From Antedon mediterranea (Eukaryota > Animalia > Echinodermata): a DNA stretch of 64,000 bases. Under the pieces are notes generated by a model. That model was not told the origin of the DNA. It did not search any database and saw nothing but the letters and a program-made list of their open reading frames with translations. Location: positions 3,316,201 through 3,380,200 of the forward strand of contig NC_092679.1 of assembly GCF_964355755.1 (NCBI RefSeq). Direction: 5' to 3'. Both the position numbers and the translations under genes were made by a program. Within the stretch, counting starts at the first letter, position 1. Each line of letters begins with the position of its first letter. Positions 13,061-25,533 of the stretch are shown here, one piece after another.

Positions 13061-14295
13061 AGGGAATTTGGATAAAGTCATAGCATATGAGTTGGCAAGT
13101 ACTGCCTGGGTGGACAGGAATAAAAGAAATATAACAATAGAAACAGCGTGTTGAATAGTGGGTGGAGATTGAATAAGAGTAGAAAACAATGAAGGTAGCT
13201 TGGTAGAGATATAAACAATTTTGGAATGGAACTAAAAAAGCTAAAATGGTGGTTAATATTGAAACTTAAATTTTGGTAGTCAATGGAATAATTTTACCGA
13301 TCTGCTATAGTATATATATATATATATATACAGACCGTATATACAGACCGTAATACGATCATTGACCCGGCGCGAAATATGCATTTTGATAATAAAAAAA
13401 AAATGGGAATAAATTAAGACGAAACTAATGACTACGAAGCATAAATCGCATACCTGCTGCAAACGAGTGAATTACCATGAATAATAGATCAATTCATTTC
13501 AGGGCGCGGCGTGCATAGAAAAATAAAACGTCTGAGTAGGCCTATTTATTATATTCGCTTTATATAGAACAAATAATGGTTTTCCTAAAAATTATAAACC
13601 ACGCGCCGATTGGATAGCTTTCAGGGATCACACTGATATAACCTCCTTGAGATTAATACATTATCTAGTAGTACTGTAGTAAGATCTCAGAGAGGTATAA
13701 AATACCTTCCTGGTGGTTTGATCAGGGAAGAGTGAATTCCCTGTTAGATTGAAAACACTCGGTCACCCGGAAGTAATTAAAACGCAAACTACTTGCAATA
13801 TATCCTTCAATCGGGATGGCGGAGATATCGACAACAACTACACCGGAAACACTCCCCGCATGCATACATTACCCAGCAGCATTCATTTATTACACACAGT
13901 AGTACAACACAACACTTGTTCTCCGTACGTACTGCTGTTGCCATTTTATTTGTGTTAATTTACTTATTTAAAGGAGTCGATCTTCGTCTTACGTCTTGCA
14001 AGATTAAAGATGGATTATAACAAGGTAAGGCTAGACATAGTCAAGCTGTCTACACCATCCAGTGTTACACAAACTTGAAGACTAAGCAAACGGTATTCGC
14101 AAAAAAACATGCTTATTAATAATTTGGTGGATGGGTGTTTGAAGATGTAGGCCCGACTGATGATATTGGTTGAGGCAGTTTACGCGAAGATATCGCCTCC
14201 AGCACGACCGCTACAGTTGGTAGCATTGGTCAGCACTGTTATTAAATGTTTATTCTAATAATAATCATCATAAATTGTTTGTTTATATATTTCAG

Positions 14296-15584
14296 ATGAC
14301 TACCACTGTTGTTACTCATCAACCAGGCGTTGTTCAAAGCCAAGTAGTGGTACAGGTACGTTAACAGTGGACGCGGAACTTGCCAAGCACATGTTGAAGT
14401 CCGCGGGCGATTATGTAACACTAAGATAACGAAGATGGTGTAGGCATGCGCAGCTGTATGTCACGCTCTATTGCTTCTGCATTTGCTTAAACAAATTATT
14501 CGTCAACAAATTATGTGCACTGATGATTGGTTGAATTACTGTTGTAATTGATTGCAGGTGTAGTTTTAGAGAAGAAGTGGAGTTGACCCCCTTTTTGGGG
14601 TACAGCAACCTCCTAATTATTGCCTAATTTAATTTCAGGTTACTGAACGTGATTGGAGCACAAGTCTCTGTGGCTGTTTTGAAGACATTGGTTCATGTAA
14701 GTTATTTGTTACACAGGTTTATTTTATAATAAAACAATCATGAAACAATACAGAGGCTACTGTATTTTCTAACCACACAATGTATTCCCATTTAAACATT
14801 CAGAGACAGATGCAGGGGCTTCAGCTTGATTGGGGCAACTAAAATAAAATGTTGATATCTATTTTTGGCACAGACAATGAATATATTTAAAAATCCTGTA
14901 TTCACTGTTAACTGTGCTAGTCAGTGAAGAATTAAACAGGACATTAAAATATAATTTTTAATTTATGTAAATTATTTTTAAGGCTTGTGTGGTTGGTTCT
15001 GTGGGCCATGTTTCGCCTGCCAAGTATCCGCCAAGGCCGGTGAGCACTGTTGTGCACCATGTTGTGTTCCAGCCGCCATGATAGCCATCCGGATGAAGGT
15101 CCGAACTCGTCTTAACATCCAGGTATGTTGTTTACAAACATAAATAATTTTAAACTAATTGAATAAACTTAATTGATTAATTAATTTTTATTAATAATAA
15201 ATCAAAGCTTTCCTAGAAACACTTAAACAAAGGAATATTTTAATAATAGTAGTACCTCTGTAGTGACCTTTTTGACAAGCCACGCCCATTTCCAGCTATT
15301 GACAAGACTTGCCAACTGCTAGATTATAAAAATCTGGAGATTAAAAAAAATAACGATGCGAAAAACACAAGATTAATATCTGCTGCCATCTATCTGTTCG
15401 ATTTTTGCTTGTTCCAGACACCAGTAGTAAACTTTATATTTTTTCAAACATATGGTCACGGTTTTCTTTTGTTTCGCAGGGTTCGTTGTGCAACGATTGC
15501 ATACTAGAGACATTCTGTGGCCCGTGCTCAGCTTGCCAGATTTCGCGTGAAATTGATAACTCATGCAACGGTCACCTGATGTAG
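14296..15584 (+). CDS. PLAC8/cornifelin family cysteine-rich protein, 120 aa
   Basis: Exons 14296-14355, 14639-14696, 14983-15122, 15480-15584 join in phase: MTTTVVTHQP..RDWSTSLCGCFEDIGSCLCGWFCGPCFACQ..RTRLNIQGSLCNDCILETFCGPCSACQISREI. Probable 5' UTR exon ends near 14024. Confidence 0.92.
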
Positions 15585-18371
15585 AGATCGGAGGCAACCA
15601 ACTGGCACCAAGTTCAATTAATATTTAATGTTCATTCAAAGACATTTTTTAAACAAACATATTTTGATATGTATTTCGATATATATTGGTACTCTTGCCA
15701 TCATATATAGGCATCTAGTGACCGAACTAGATTTTTATTAATTTTAAATGTTTTTTAGATTTCTTAATCTTGATATTCGTTAAGTCATTAACTTCCAATG
15801 ACTGGCTTTAATCAATATATATATTTTATAAAAGCGTTGTTTAATACGCAGGGTATGTTGTTTGTATTTATGTCAACATTTAATATTTAGATTCGTATTA
15901 ATATACTAAATATATCTGTTTAGTACCAAATTCATAGTAGCTCTTGGAAACCATTTCAAATGTAGCTTTAAAATTTCAGGAAATCTAGATATTCAAAGGA
16001 CTCAATTTAAACAAACTACAATATATTGCTGTTCCAACGGCATCCTTGGTATAATACTGTATGTATGTTTTTCTGGTATTTCAAATACATTTTTAATGTT
16101 TACAAAAATATTTGGACTTTAAAAATCTGTTTTCGGGAGGGTTGCCGTTTTTCAATCTATGACACAGCCTGATTTTGAATAAAAACATTCCGTATAATAA
16201 ATTGATGAATTAGTGACATGGAACTTTCAACACGCAGACATTGACACATTATATATATATAACATTCCTGCAGTTGTCTTGTAAACAAAATTCCAACTAC
16301 TACTATTCAGAATAAAAAAAATCCTCTTGTTTCGCAATCCATATTCCTATTCTGCTTTTTTTGTAAGTTGACTTGCATTTGGCAGTATATTTACACAATG
16401 AGGGCATTGGCTGTGAAACGAGAGAATTGTAGTCATGGTGTGTGTGTGTTAGTTGTAGTGTAGTCATTATGTAGTGAACTGTTGTGGTATTGTTTGTACA
16501 TAATTGTAGTTGAGAAATTCTACAATGCATGCAGTAGTCTTTTTAATAAATCTCTTGATAATACTAAACTTGTTGGTTGTTTGATTATTCAGACTTATTT
16601 TTTGTGAAAGCAGTTGGCAAAACCAGAGATATCATGTTCATAATAATATATCGTTGACCAAGAAGATAGTGTTACTGATGAAAGAAAAATGGCATATTGA
16701 CGTGTTACCTTATATATTTGAATAAACAACTCAGGAGGGTTTAGTCGAGGGAAGAGGGGTTTTTTTTTAGATGTAATATGGTAGGTAACATGTGTAATGA
16801 AATAAATACCCCTTAGATATGAAAAATACAACACAATATCAAGAAGTAACAAAATGTATTTTATCACATCTCAATATTGTGTTGTGAAATGCATGGTAAA
16901 CTGTAGACCATTTCAATCAATGAATTCTACTACAAATAGAAATGTGTTGTAATATACGGTGGGCATTTATTCAAGGAAATAAATAAAGGCCCAGGCGATT
17001 ATTCGAGGGGGTTATTTTCTTGGGAAGGTTGGGGTTTATTCGAGGGAGGCGTTAATTCTTCACGACTGAACAGCGTTACGAAATCTATTATTTTATAGGC
17101 TACCAATAACAAATTGAATAAATACACTGCCTTGGTAAATTTCATTTCAATAATTTTTTAATGCCAGGCTTTCACATATGGTTAATGCATTTATTATGAG
17201 AACTGAACGTTTACACTTTAGTAAATACAATTTATAACTGCAAAATTAATTAAGATTAATATAAACATTTTTATGCATGATTTTAATAAATTAAAAGCTG
17301 ATAATTATACCATAACAAATGATCTGTTTTATAATTCATTCATAATTTAGAAAAGTTGCTACAAACAAAATACTGTACTGTATACTGTTATATTATAGAG
17401 GGAGATTATAGACTTGAAGTTACCAAACATAATTCAACTTATATGTGTTTATTGGTTTGACCTTGACACTGAGGTCAATGATCAGCATTAATATGAACAT
17501 GGATATGCAAGAACTATAATTATAGAGGGCGACAGACAAGTTAAAAAACAGATGTTTTATTGTTACTTTAATAATAACTTACTCTAAAATTTCATGATTT
17601 AAATTATTTAATTTAATTAATGATTTAAATAATCTAACTGATTTACTAATTGATTACATCATTTAATTTTATTATTCATGATCTTAATAATTTATTGAGA
17701 AGCTTACATATATAATATTATAAGCCAATAACCATTTATGCAAATATTAAAGGTATAAATATATGATTTTACTTGTTAAATTTAAATTACCATATGGCAT
17801 ACATGATTATAATTGTCTTCTTGAGCTTCCATGATGAACAAACAAGAAATTCACATTAAAAAATAATCCTAGTAATTATAAACCATGAAAAATAGATTTT
17901 AAGATTGTTTTGATTCGTGTAAGTAGCCGTATATCCAAGCATCCAAGTTGTTTTCTTGATTAGAATTGTCGTAGTCCTGATTGGTCATTCTGTTTGATGT
18001 CATATATCACATTATTTTCAGTGTTAATCAGTGCATTTATCTAACATGTTACGTGTTTTCACTAGGATTAGTGTGGACCATTAAAAATGATCACTCCTGT
18101 CGCATTTACATATAAATCAGTTTTAATCGATACATCATATTTCTACTAGAACATTTTGATGGAAGTTTGTGGTTGTACTCATGGAAGAAGGAGGTGATAT
18201 TCCAGGATAGGACTGGCAGTTATTCTGATCACAAAGAGACAATATTTCATCACGATGGGATCTGTGGTTGGTTCTGGTTGCTGAATATTACTATTAAAGT
18301 TTGGTTGTATTGTGGAGAAGCGCACTAAGAAAACAGTCCACTGGCATTTTGTTGTAAAACTCTATAATTTC

Positions 18372-19847
18372 TTAAGATTCCATTTTCTTGTAATTCTCTA
18401 CATTCATTAGGATGTAAGCTGGTACAGTGCAAAATCCAACAAAAAACACGCCCAAAGCAACAAAATTTTCCTGCAGATAAATATAGTTTTTAACTAAAAT
18501 AATGCCTTAAAAATCAGTTCTTTTATCTACTTTCTATGCATAGTTGGTTATTGTTATTTTTATAGTTAAAAAACTGTTTATTGTTTTGTGTGTTTGGTGT
18601 TCGGGGCAGCATCATGACATGGACAGAACTATAATACTTAGCAAATATTACACACTTTTTGTTTGCAAACTAAATATTGCTACAGTAGTAGACTTCTACA
18701 AAATTGTTTCTGCATTGCCAAAGTTTGTCAACTTATCAAGTGTTTTAGAGTGATGTTGATACAGATTATGTGGGCTGTATAAACCAGTGAATGCACTGAA
18801 GACAATGCAATGAATGGAACTACTGCAGACCTGGGCCTTCCAAATTCTCTGGGAGCCTCCCGAATTTTCATCCAATCTCCCAAATATCTCCTGAAAATTT
18901 TGGTTTTAGATACAAATATTTAACGCTTACTGTCTGAATTCTGTTTTTTTCAAATTTTATTTTTGTATTTAATAATTAGTTGCTAGAGAATGTGTGGTAA
19001 ACTTTAAAATGTAGATTATGCGAGGTATCTTTTTATTTGTTTAAAACCCGTCAAACATGCAAATATGTTTAAAACATGTCAAATTTGTTATGGCTCGGGT
19101 CAGGTGAAGTCGGATCAACATATTGTAGATAAGCCAAACCGGTATGTCCAGAAGGAAAAACTCCCTCCTGTGTGTAAATACCGCGTAATGGGAAAACAAA
19201 ATGATTAGATTACCAGCCAGTCACTAGCTAGGCATGTCTACAACAGAAAATTAGGCCTACTACTAGGCCTAGTATATACAAATATATTATTATACCTGCA
19301 CTACTATTTTATTTATAAAGCAGGAAGGGCAAAAAAAGGCTGCAACAGTGCAAGCAAATCTAAAATTATTAGCGACTCAGAGTAGCCTAGCCTAGATAGG
19401 CCTAGCTAGTAGTAGTAGGCCTAGCCTATATGCCTACTAGCTAGGCTAAATATAGCAGTAGTGAGGTCAAATAGTACTGTAGTGAGTAAGGCGAACTAAC
19501 TAGGTCTATAATACTAAGTAAATAGGCTAGCCGGTACCTAGCCTGGTCGCCGCGCGGCGACTGGTCTGTCCAGAAAAAATACCGGCCCTACTACCTAGAG
19601 GCTACGTTTAGTAGGCCTCTAACTAGGGAGGCCTCTATCTAGGCCTGGCCCTAGGCTAGACTAAGACTAGCCTAGGCCTAGCACTCTAGGCTGTAGCTAG
19701 GCTAGTCCTCTATAATTTGCGGTATATACTCACCCAAGGTTTGTTCGGTCGTGTTGGAGCAGTTAAATGTACGGATCTAGATTGTTGCATCGTGTTTCTC
19801 ACAGCAGGGCTAACCCGCACGAAAGCATTTCTTAGGATTCCAGACAT
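18372..19847 (-). CDS. COX8: Cytochrome c oxidase subunit 8, 70 aa (absent from the ORF track)
   Basis: Exons 19847-19734 and 18470-18372: MSGILRNAFVRVSPAVRNTMQQSRSVHLTAPTRPNKPW|ENFVALGVFFVGFCTVPAYILMNVENYKKMES*. Arg-rich presequence, one TM helix, PAxIL..(V/L)E.Y signature, two-exon structure. Confidence 0.85.
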
Positions 19848-19978
19848 TTTTTTAAGTGGTGTGGAAAGTGGAAACAACTTCTTTTTAGAACAAAAATGGA
19901 TGCTTGTAACAGAGCGCCCTCAATTGATAAAAAAATTCCTTCTCACAGCTTCAATAGCATGCAGCTGGTACGGGTGGC

Positions 19979-20023
19979 GTCTGACCATGGAGGTATACTA
20001 TTTTTATATCTCCATGGTCTGAC
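19979..20023. mobile_element. 31-bp CATGG..CCATG element with 7-bp TSD (GTCTGAC)
   Basis: gtctgac|catggaggtatactatttttatatctccatg|gtctgac. Confidence 0.85.
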
Positions 20024-20177
20024 ATTAGTTTTTAAAGTGTAGGCCCTAATATAATCTCAATATTAATTTATTAAATTTAAATAATTATTAAGACTGTTAG
20101 TCAGAAGATTCCCCATAGCTACTCAATAAAGACATTCATTGCAACTATATAAATAAACTCCATGCTCATTATTCAAG

Positions 20178-20300
20178 TATTTATTTATTTTTATTTTTAT
20201 TTTTTTCAATTTACGAGGGTGGTCCATCCAGTCGAAGCTGATCATTAGGGACCCTCACAAAAATACAATATGAATGCAACAATAAACATTAAATTAAAAT
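20178..20300 (-). mobile_element. Isolated retroposon 3' tail
   Basis: gagggtggtccatccagtcgaagctgatcattagggaccctc matches 7218-7259; A-rich tail follows on the minus strand. Confidence 0.65.
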
Positions 20301-20712
20301 AAATATAATTTATAAAGTATGGCGGATCGGAAATGCAATGTAGGCCTACTAATAATTATTGATTATGCAAAGTTTCGTTTTCATTGAATTGTACAAACCG
20401 GGCTATATACGTCCACCACATCTTCATAATATATACATTTTTTTTAATGTATCTTTTATTTGAAATCAATTATGTAAGTTTTTACATACTAGCCTTTGAA
20501 TTTCAGTTTTACTATTGTGTACATAATTGATTTTTTTCATTTGTACACTATTTTACGTATCATAAACGTGCGATAGTCAATAGAAAACTCATCCCTTAAT
20601 TCGATTTAATATTTCAGTGCATACTAATCAGGTCTATAAAATGCTGGTTCTAAAAATGAGAATGGACATGTGTAGGTCGTCACTCGGTGGTATAATGCAT
20701 TGTGTAGGCCTA

Positions 20713-23700
20713 CTATAGTTTTGATCCTATATCCCTCTCATGTACAACCATAGGCGAAACAATTTCTTTCGTCGTGGAGCAACCTAGAAATGATAACAAG
20801 TTAGGCTTATAAATGAAATACATTGCACTATAATGTACGGAATAATGCTCGAAAGGCGCTGCGTGTACGTGTTGATAAAGCTTGGTTCTCAATTGGACGC
20901 ACGCAAGTCTGAGTTGACCAATCACAAACGTTTATTCGTTCGTCTATCACGTCACGATTGGTCAAATTACTTGCGGTGTGCTTACGTCCTTGCGCTGCGT
21001 CCAAAGTGGGAACCACTGCTTTAATAATACTATACGGTGGTACGTGAATAACAACTTACCCATAAATGCCATAGCTGTTGAAAACTCGTCTTTGAGAATA
21101 TCAATAACTTGACTAACGCCCTCATGGCCCTAAAAACGGATAAGAAACATGTAGCTTTTTTCCGTACGTGAATTCGTAACTCAATCGCAACCGTGTTAAT
21201 TACCGTGACAATATAGATCAACGAATTTTGAATTAAAAATAAAGGTAGTTAGTGTCAAAGTGAGTGAATAACAACAACATAAAATAATAAAAAACATTAA
21301 AAATATTAATATAAAACAACTGGTCTCTTAATCTTACGTTGCACGCGAGGCCCCAAATTAGCGGTCGTCCAATGAAAACCGCTCTTGCACCGCGCGCTAA
21401 AGCTTTAAGAACGTCAGTTCCGCGTCGTACTCCTCCGTCCATGTATACCTCAACGCCAGATCCCTCGACGGCAGCAACGACCTCAGAAAGAACATCAATC
21501 TATAAATATTCAATCCGTTATAATCGATTAAACATTTATCTATATTCGCCCCTCAATCCCATCGCTCTAATTTTGAAAGTAACGATCGGTGTGCATGGCC
21601 ATAAAAAACAATCGACGTTAGGTGAAAAGTAGTGGACACAGCGCAATGACGTCGTAAGCGCTCCGCAATCAAGAATATCACATAATAATTTGCTTTTTAT
21701 TGATCAACTCACTTGCCTTGCGCCTACGGAGACGGACGTCGTTGCGTCCTAGTGGGAACAAAGTTTTAAGATCACTATGTACGTTATTGCTTGTATGCTT
21801 CGTTCCCAACCACGCAACACAAGAACGTAAAGCTTGGTTCCCACTAGCGACGCAATACAAGGACGTAACGCAACGCAAGTGAATTGACCAATCACAAGCG
21901 ATGGTTTATTCGCTTGTGATTGCTAACTGTCTATAACTTCGCTTGTCATTGGTTAAAACACTTGCGTTGCGTTTACGTTCTAGTGGGAACCAAGCTTTAG
22001 TAAGCACAACGCTTTGCTTTTGGTTGGTCAACTCGCCTGCGTTGCGTCTACGTCATTGCGTTGCGTCTCTAGTGGAAACCACTAGTAGATAACGTACCGT
22101 AGCAGGTAGGTAATCGAATTGTCTGCCCCCATGATTTGAGACAAGAATTGCATCAGCACCGTTATGTACAGCACGTTTTGCATCAGCACCTGTCATAGAA
22201 AATTCAACCATAATATTATAAAGTTATTACTATAAAATATTCAAAATCTACCATGTGAAACCACCGTAAATCTATTCTACCGGGAATTTAAAAAATAAAG
22301 ATTGTAGTTTTAAATATAAAGTTCTGTCTACACTATCAAACCAGTTTCACAAAAATGTGTGATGTGCCCAAATATGGAAATGATGTAATATCACCGTGTC
22401 CATATATGGACACACATTAAATTTTTTGTTACCTAAAGTTTGATTAGACAGAGCTTAAGAGATATAATGGTTTTGAATTTAGGTCTAAAACGCCTTAATA
22501 GAACCAAGGCATTACAACAGGACACACTGAGCTCCAAGATAGGAACTCGTAACAGTCTTTTGATCTTACGTCTGGCTGCGACAAATACCAACAGTACTGT
22601 ACTATAATTTACATATTCTCTGTTAAAGCTTGGTTCCCACTAGTAGGACGCAATGCAAGAACGTAAGCGCAACGTAAGTAATTTGAACAATCACAAGCGA
22701 TGAATTATTCGAACTGTCGCTTGTCATTGTCCAATTCGGTTGTGTTTCGACTATACGTCCTTGCGTTATGTTCTAGTGGGAAACAAGCTTAAGGGGCGTT
22801 GAACTGATCGTGTCGCAGCAACAGATAAACCCTTTGATCTCGGGATCATGTTAGATTGCCTTGATAACATACCAGTGAGAATACCCTTGACGACTATCGG
22901 TAGACTAGTTATAGATTTCAGCCATCTAAGATCTTTCCATGTAGCCGTACCGTCAATTTGGTTGTCTATAACTTGGATGTCTGCTGTGTCTATATACTTC
23001 AAATTTATGGGTCTAGAAATACAATACATGGTAGGGTGTAAAAAAAATGTTTAGTGTCGTAGTTCAGTGGTCGTTTAGAAGCAAGAATCAACTAATTGTT
23101 CGTTTCTCTCAGTTTCACCAATGCGTCACCAACCTGCGCCCTTCATCATTGCCTAAACCTCTAGTACGGGGCAATGTAAAAACATTACTAAAATATATCT
23201 CCGTTAAATGGCCATGGAGTACGAGGAGCCGTTCGGGACATTGCTAATTTTGTCGTCAGTCTGCACAGTTTTTGTCCTAATAGAATCAATTATGTGTTTA
23301 ATTTTGTCGACGAAATTATTAATTTCCCGAACGGCGCCCCGCTCGAGGACTATTCACGTATACAATATATTTTAGTCCGTTTTTTCTCCTGTAGAACCGA
23401 CACGACTGAAGTGATGATGTGAACATCGTCGCTTCGAAAACGGCGACACAAACAAAATGAATGAACAACCTCAAGTGTGATTCTAGTTGAATCCCTAGGC
23501 CCTGCTTGTCGTACTTGGTTGTTAATTTTCTCTTTGGTATCGGCTGGTCAACGGTCACAACGATGGCTTTAAAACCAGCAGCAACCGCTCGTCTTACGAT
23601 GTTTTCTGTGATTCGTTTATCCTTCAACAACTGAATCTGCATCCAGTAAAGACCGTTTGGTGCCACATCTACAATATCCTCAATTGTATTTGTTGACCAT

Positions 23701-24791
23701 ATGCTCAAAATCATCACTATGTTGCTTGGTATTGAAGCTGAAAATTAATTAAACTTATTATAGGTCCCCACTTGGACGCAATAAAAGAACGAGGCGCAAC
23801 CCACTGATATACGTTACTTTACTTTACGATTTAAATGGCATTCTTCAATATAACAATACATCATACCTTTAGCTAAGGCCTTCTCACCATCTTCATGTGC
23901 CATTTTGAGGAAACCAGTTGGTGACATGCCAATGGGACACGCCACAGGTTGCCCGAGCACAGTGGTCCTAACATCAATATTTGAGACGTCACGGAGAACT
24001 TGGGGTAGAAAACGATACCTGAAAGAGTACGGATTTTGGGTCAAGTTCACACTAACGAGGCAACGTAGCGCAACCTACGCAATGTAAGAAAATGTCCTTC
24101 CAATAATTTGTGTTTGCCCGCCTGCGTGAAATAAAAAATCTGTGATGTTTGTAGAACTATTGCGTCGTCGGCCACGCAATAAAGCACTTTGCGTCAATAC
24201 GTCGTAGCGTTGCGTCGCTATGGGAACCACGCTTTACGACGTAGGCACAACACGCACGTGAGTTGACCAATCACAAGCGACAGTTCGGATGATCTATCGC
24301 GTCGATTGGTCAAATGAGTGCGTTGCGTCCAAGTGGATATCAGGCCGACCTTTAAGAGCAGAAATAAGTAAAAAATAACGGACCACCACAACAGTTCATT
24401 CACCAGCAAACAGACGGTGTCAACATAAAAAGTTCGAGATCAACATAAAAAAACAGAATGTTTACAAAATTAACTGTAAAGCTTGATTCCACGCATCGCA
24501 AGCGACTTGACCTGGTTAAATCACTTACGCCCTTGCGCTTTGTCCTAGTGGGAACCAAGTTTTAAAGCGTGTTGCGCGTACGTGCACTCCTTGCGTGCGG
24601 CGTCCAAAAGCTAGAATTAAGTAATTAAAACTTCATAATAACCTTCGAAAAGCTTCTACGTTATCCTTCATTGTGGTCATTTCGTTACAACCACCAAAAA
24701 TATATCCCTTGTAAGAACCTTTAATTTTAGAGAAAGCTGCTTTTTTAAAGTCTTCCAATGAAGCATACTTGGTCTGCTGGGGCCTAGCCAT
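20713..24791 (-). CDS. HAO1: FMN-dependent 2-hydroxyacid oxidase (HAO1/2-like), 367 aa, peroxisomal
   Basis: 8 exons: 24791-24643, 24018-23867, 23737-23470, 23012-22873, 22189-22098, 21499-21338, 21129-21060, 20783-20713, all in phase. Motifs [30 protein letters not shown] and C-terminal SKL (PTS1). Orthology to HAO1 versus a paralogue is unresolved. Confidence 0.93.
20877..21020. mobile_element. MITE family A copy, HAO intron 7
   Basis: aagcttggttctcaattggacgc ... gcgtccaaagtgggaaccac. Confidence 0.75.
21700..22082. mobile_element. Nested MITE family A copies, HAO intron 5
   Basis: 21830-21997 is a close inverted match to 3661-3839. Confidence 0.85.
22320..22457. mobile_element. MITE family B (TIR AGCTCTGTCTACACT; Harbinger-like)
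   Basis: ctgtctacactatcaaac ... gtttgat..agacagagct; further copies at 27787-27928, 39678-39964, 40199-40345, 41225-41361 and 41381-41520. Confidence 0.8.
22627..22790. mobile_element. MITE family A copy, HAO intron 4
   Basis: aagcttggttcccactag ... ctagtgggaaacaagctt. Confidence 0.85.
24045..24605. mobile_element. Degenerate MITE family A fragments, HAO intron 1
   Basis: gggaaccacgc, gttgaccaatcacaagcga and ctagtgggaaccaag motifs. Confidence 0.6.
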
Positions 24792-25533
24792 TTCAGATGT
24801 TGTCGACAACGATGTACTGTATCACGGGTTCCCCCAAACAAATCCGCTACCGTTGTGACATTAAACCATTAGGACCGTTCCATTGCTGGATTCAGCTATT
24901 GTTAAGAGTGGGGTCGAAATTATGTGCTTTAGTATTATACAATTTTCATTAATGTAAGATGTCAAGGGCGTTTAATACATTGGAAGGCTAAGACCAATAC
25001 ATTTTTAAATTCATCGTTTGTTATTTTTCCTAGATTATGGGAGCAACTTCCCATTGAAATCAAACAATGTGCTACAATTTTAGACTTTAAATCCCAACTC
25101 ACAAAACAAATTTGATCTCAAAATATTAAGTTGTAATTGTTTATTCAATGCAGCTTATTCTTAATTGGTGTATCCCATAGTAATTGTTTTGTTTTTAATT
25201 AATTTGTACCGAAATGACCAATGAGGTTCAGCGCCCCAATTGGCAGTCACTTCGTCGTACGCAAAGGCTGACCTGACCAATAAAGTCAATTACTACCGGC
25301 AGATATCGAAGAATAATTTATCTGTCATTGGAAAAGGTAACGATTGTGTGTAATAGTACATACAGTATACTGTATTGTGTGTAATAGTACATACAGTATA
25401 CTGTATTGTAAAATAATAATTTATTAAATAATAAACCGAACAAAAATCATAATACAGTAGCTATATACAGTAGCCTATTTTCCTCGTTTTTGTATACAAA
25501 AATTAAAAGAACGTTAGGAAATTAACCAACCAA

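Noticed and set aside
13715-13750. cagggaa..ttccctg mini-palindrome as a seventh footprint
   Set aside because: Different termini and only an imperfect 6-bp flank match.
23100-23187. Possible extra HAO exon ([12 protein letters not shown]...)
   Set aside because: Exons 3 and 4 already join in phase to a normal-length protein; no similarity to the family.
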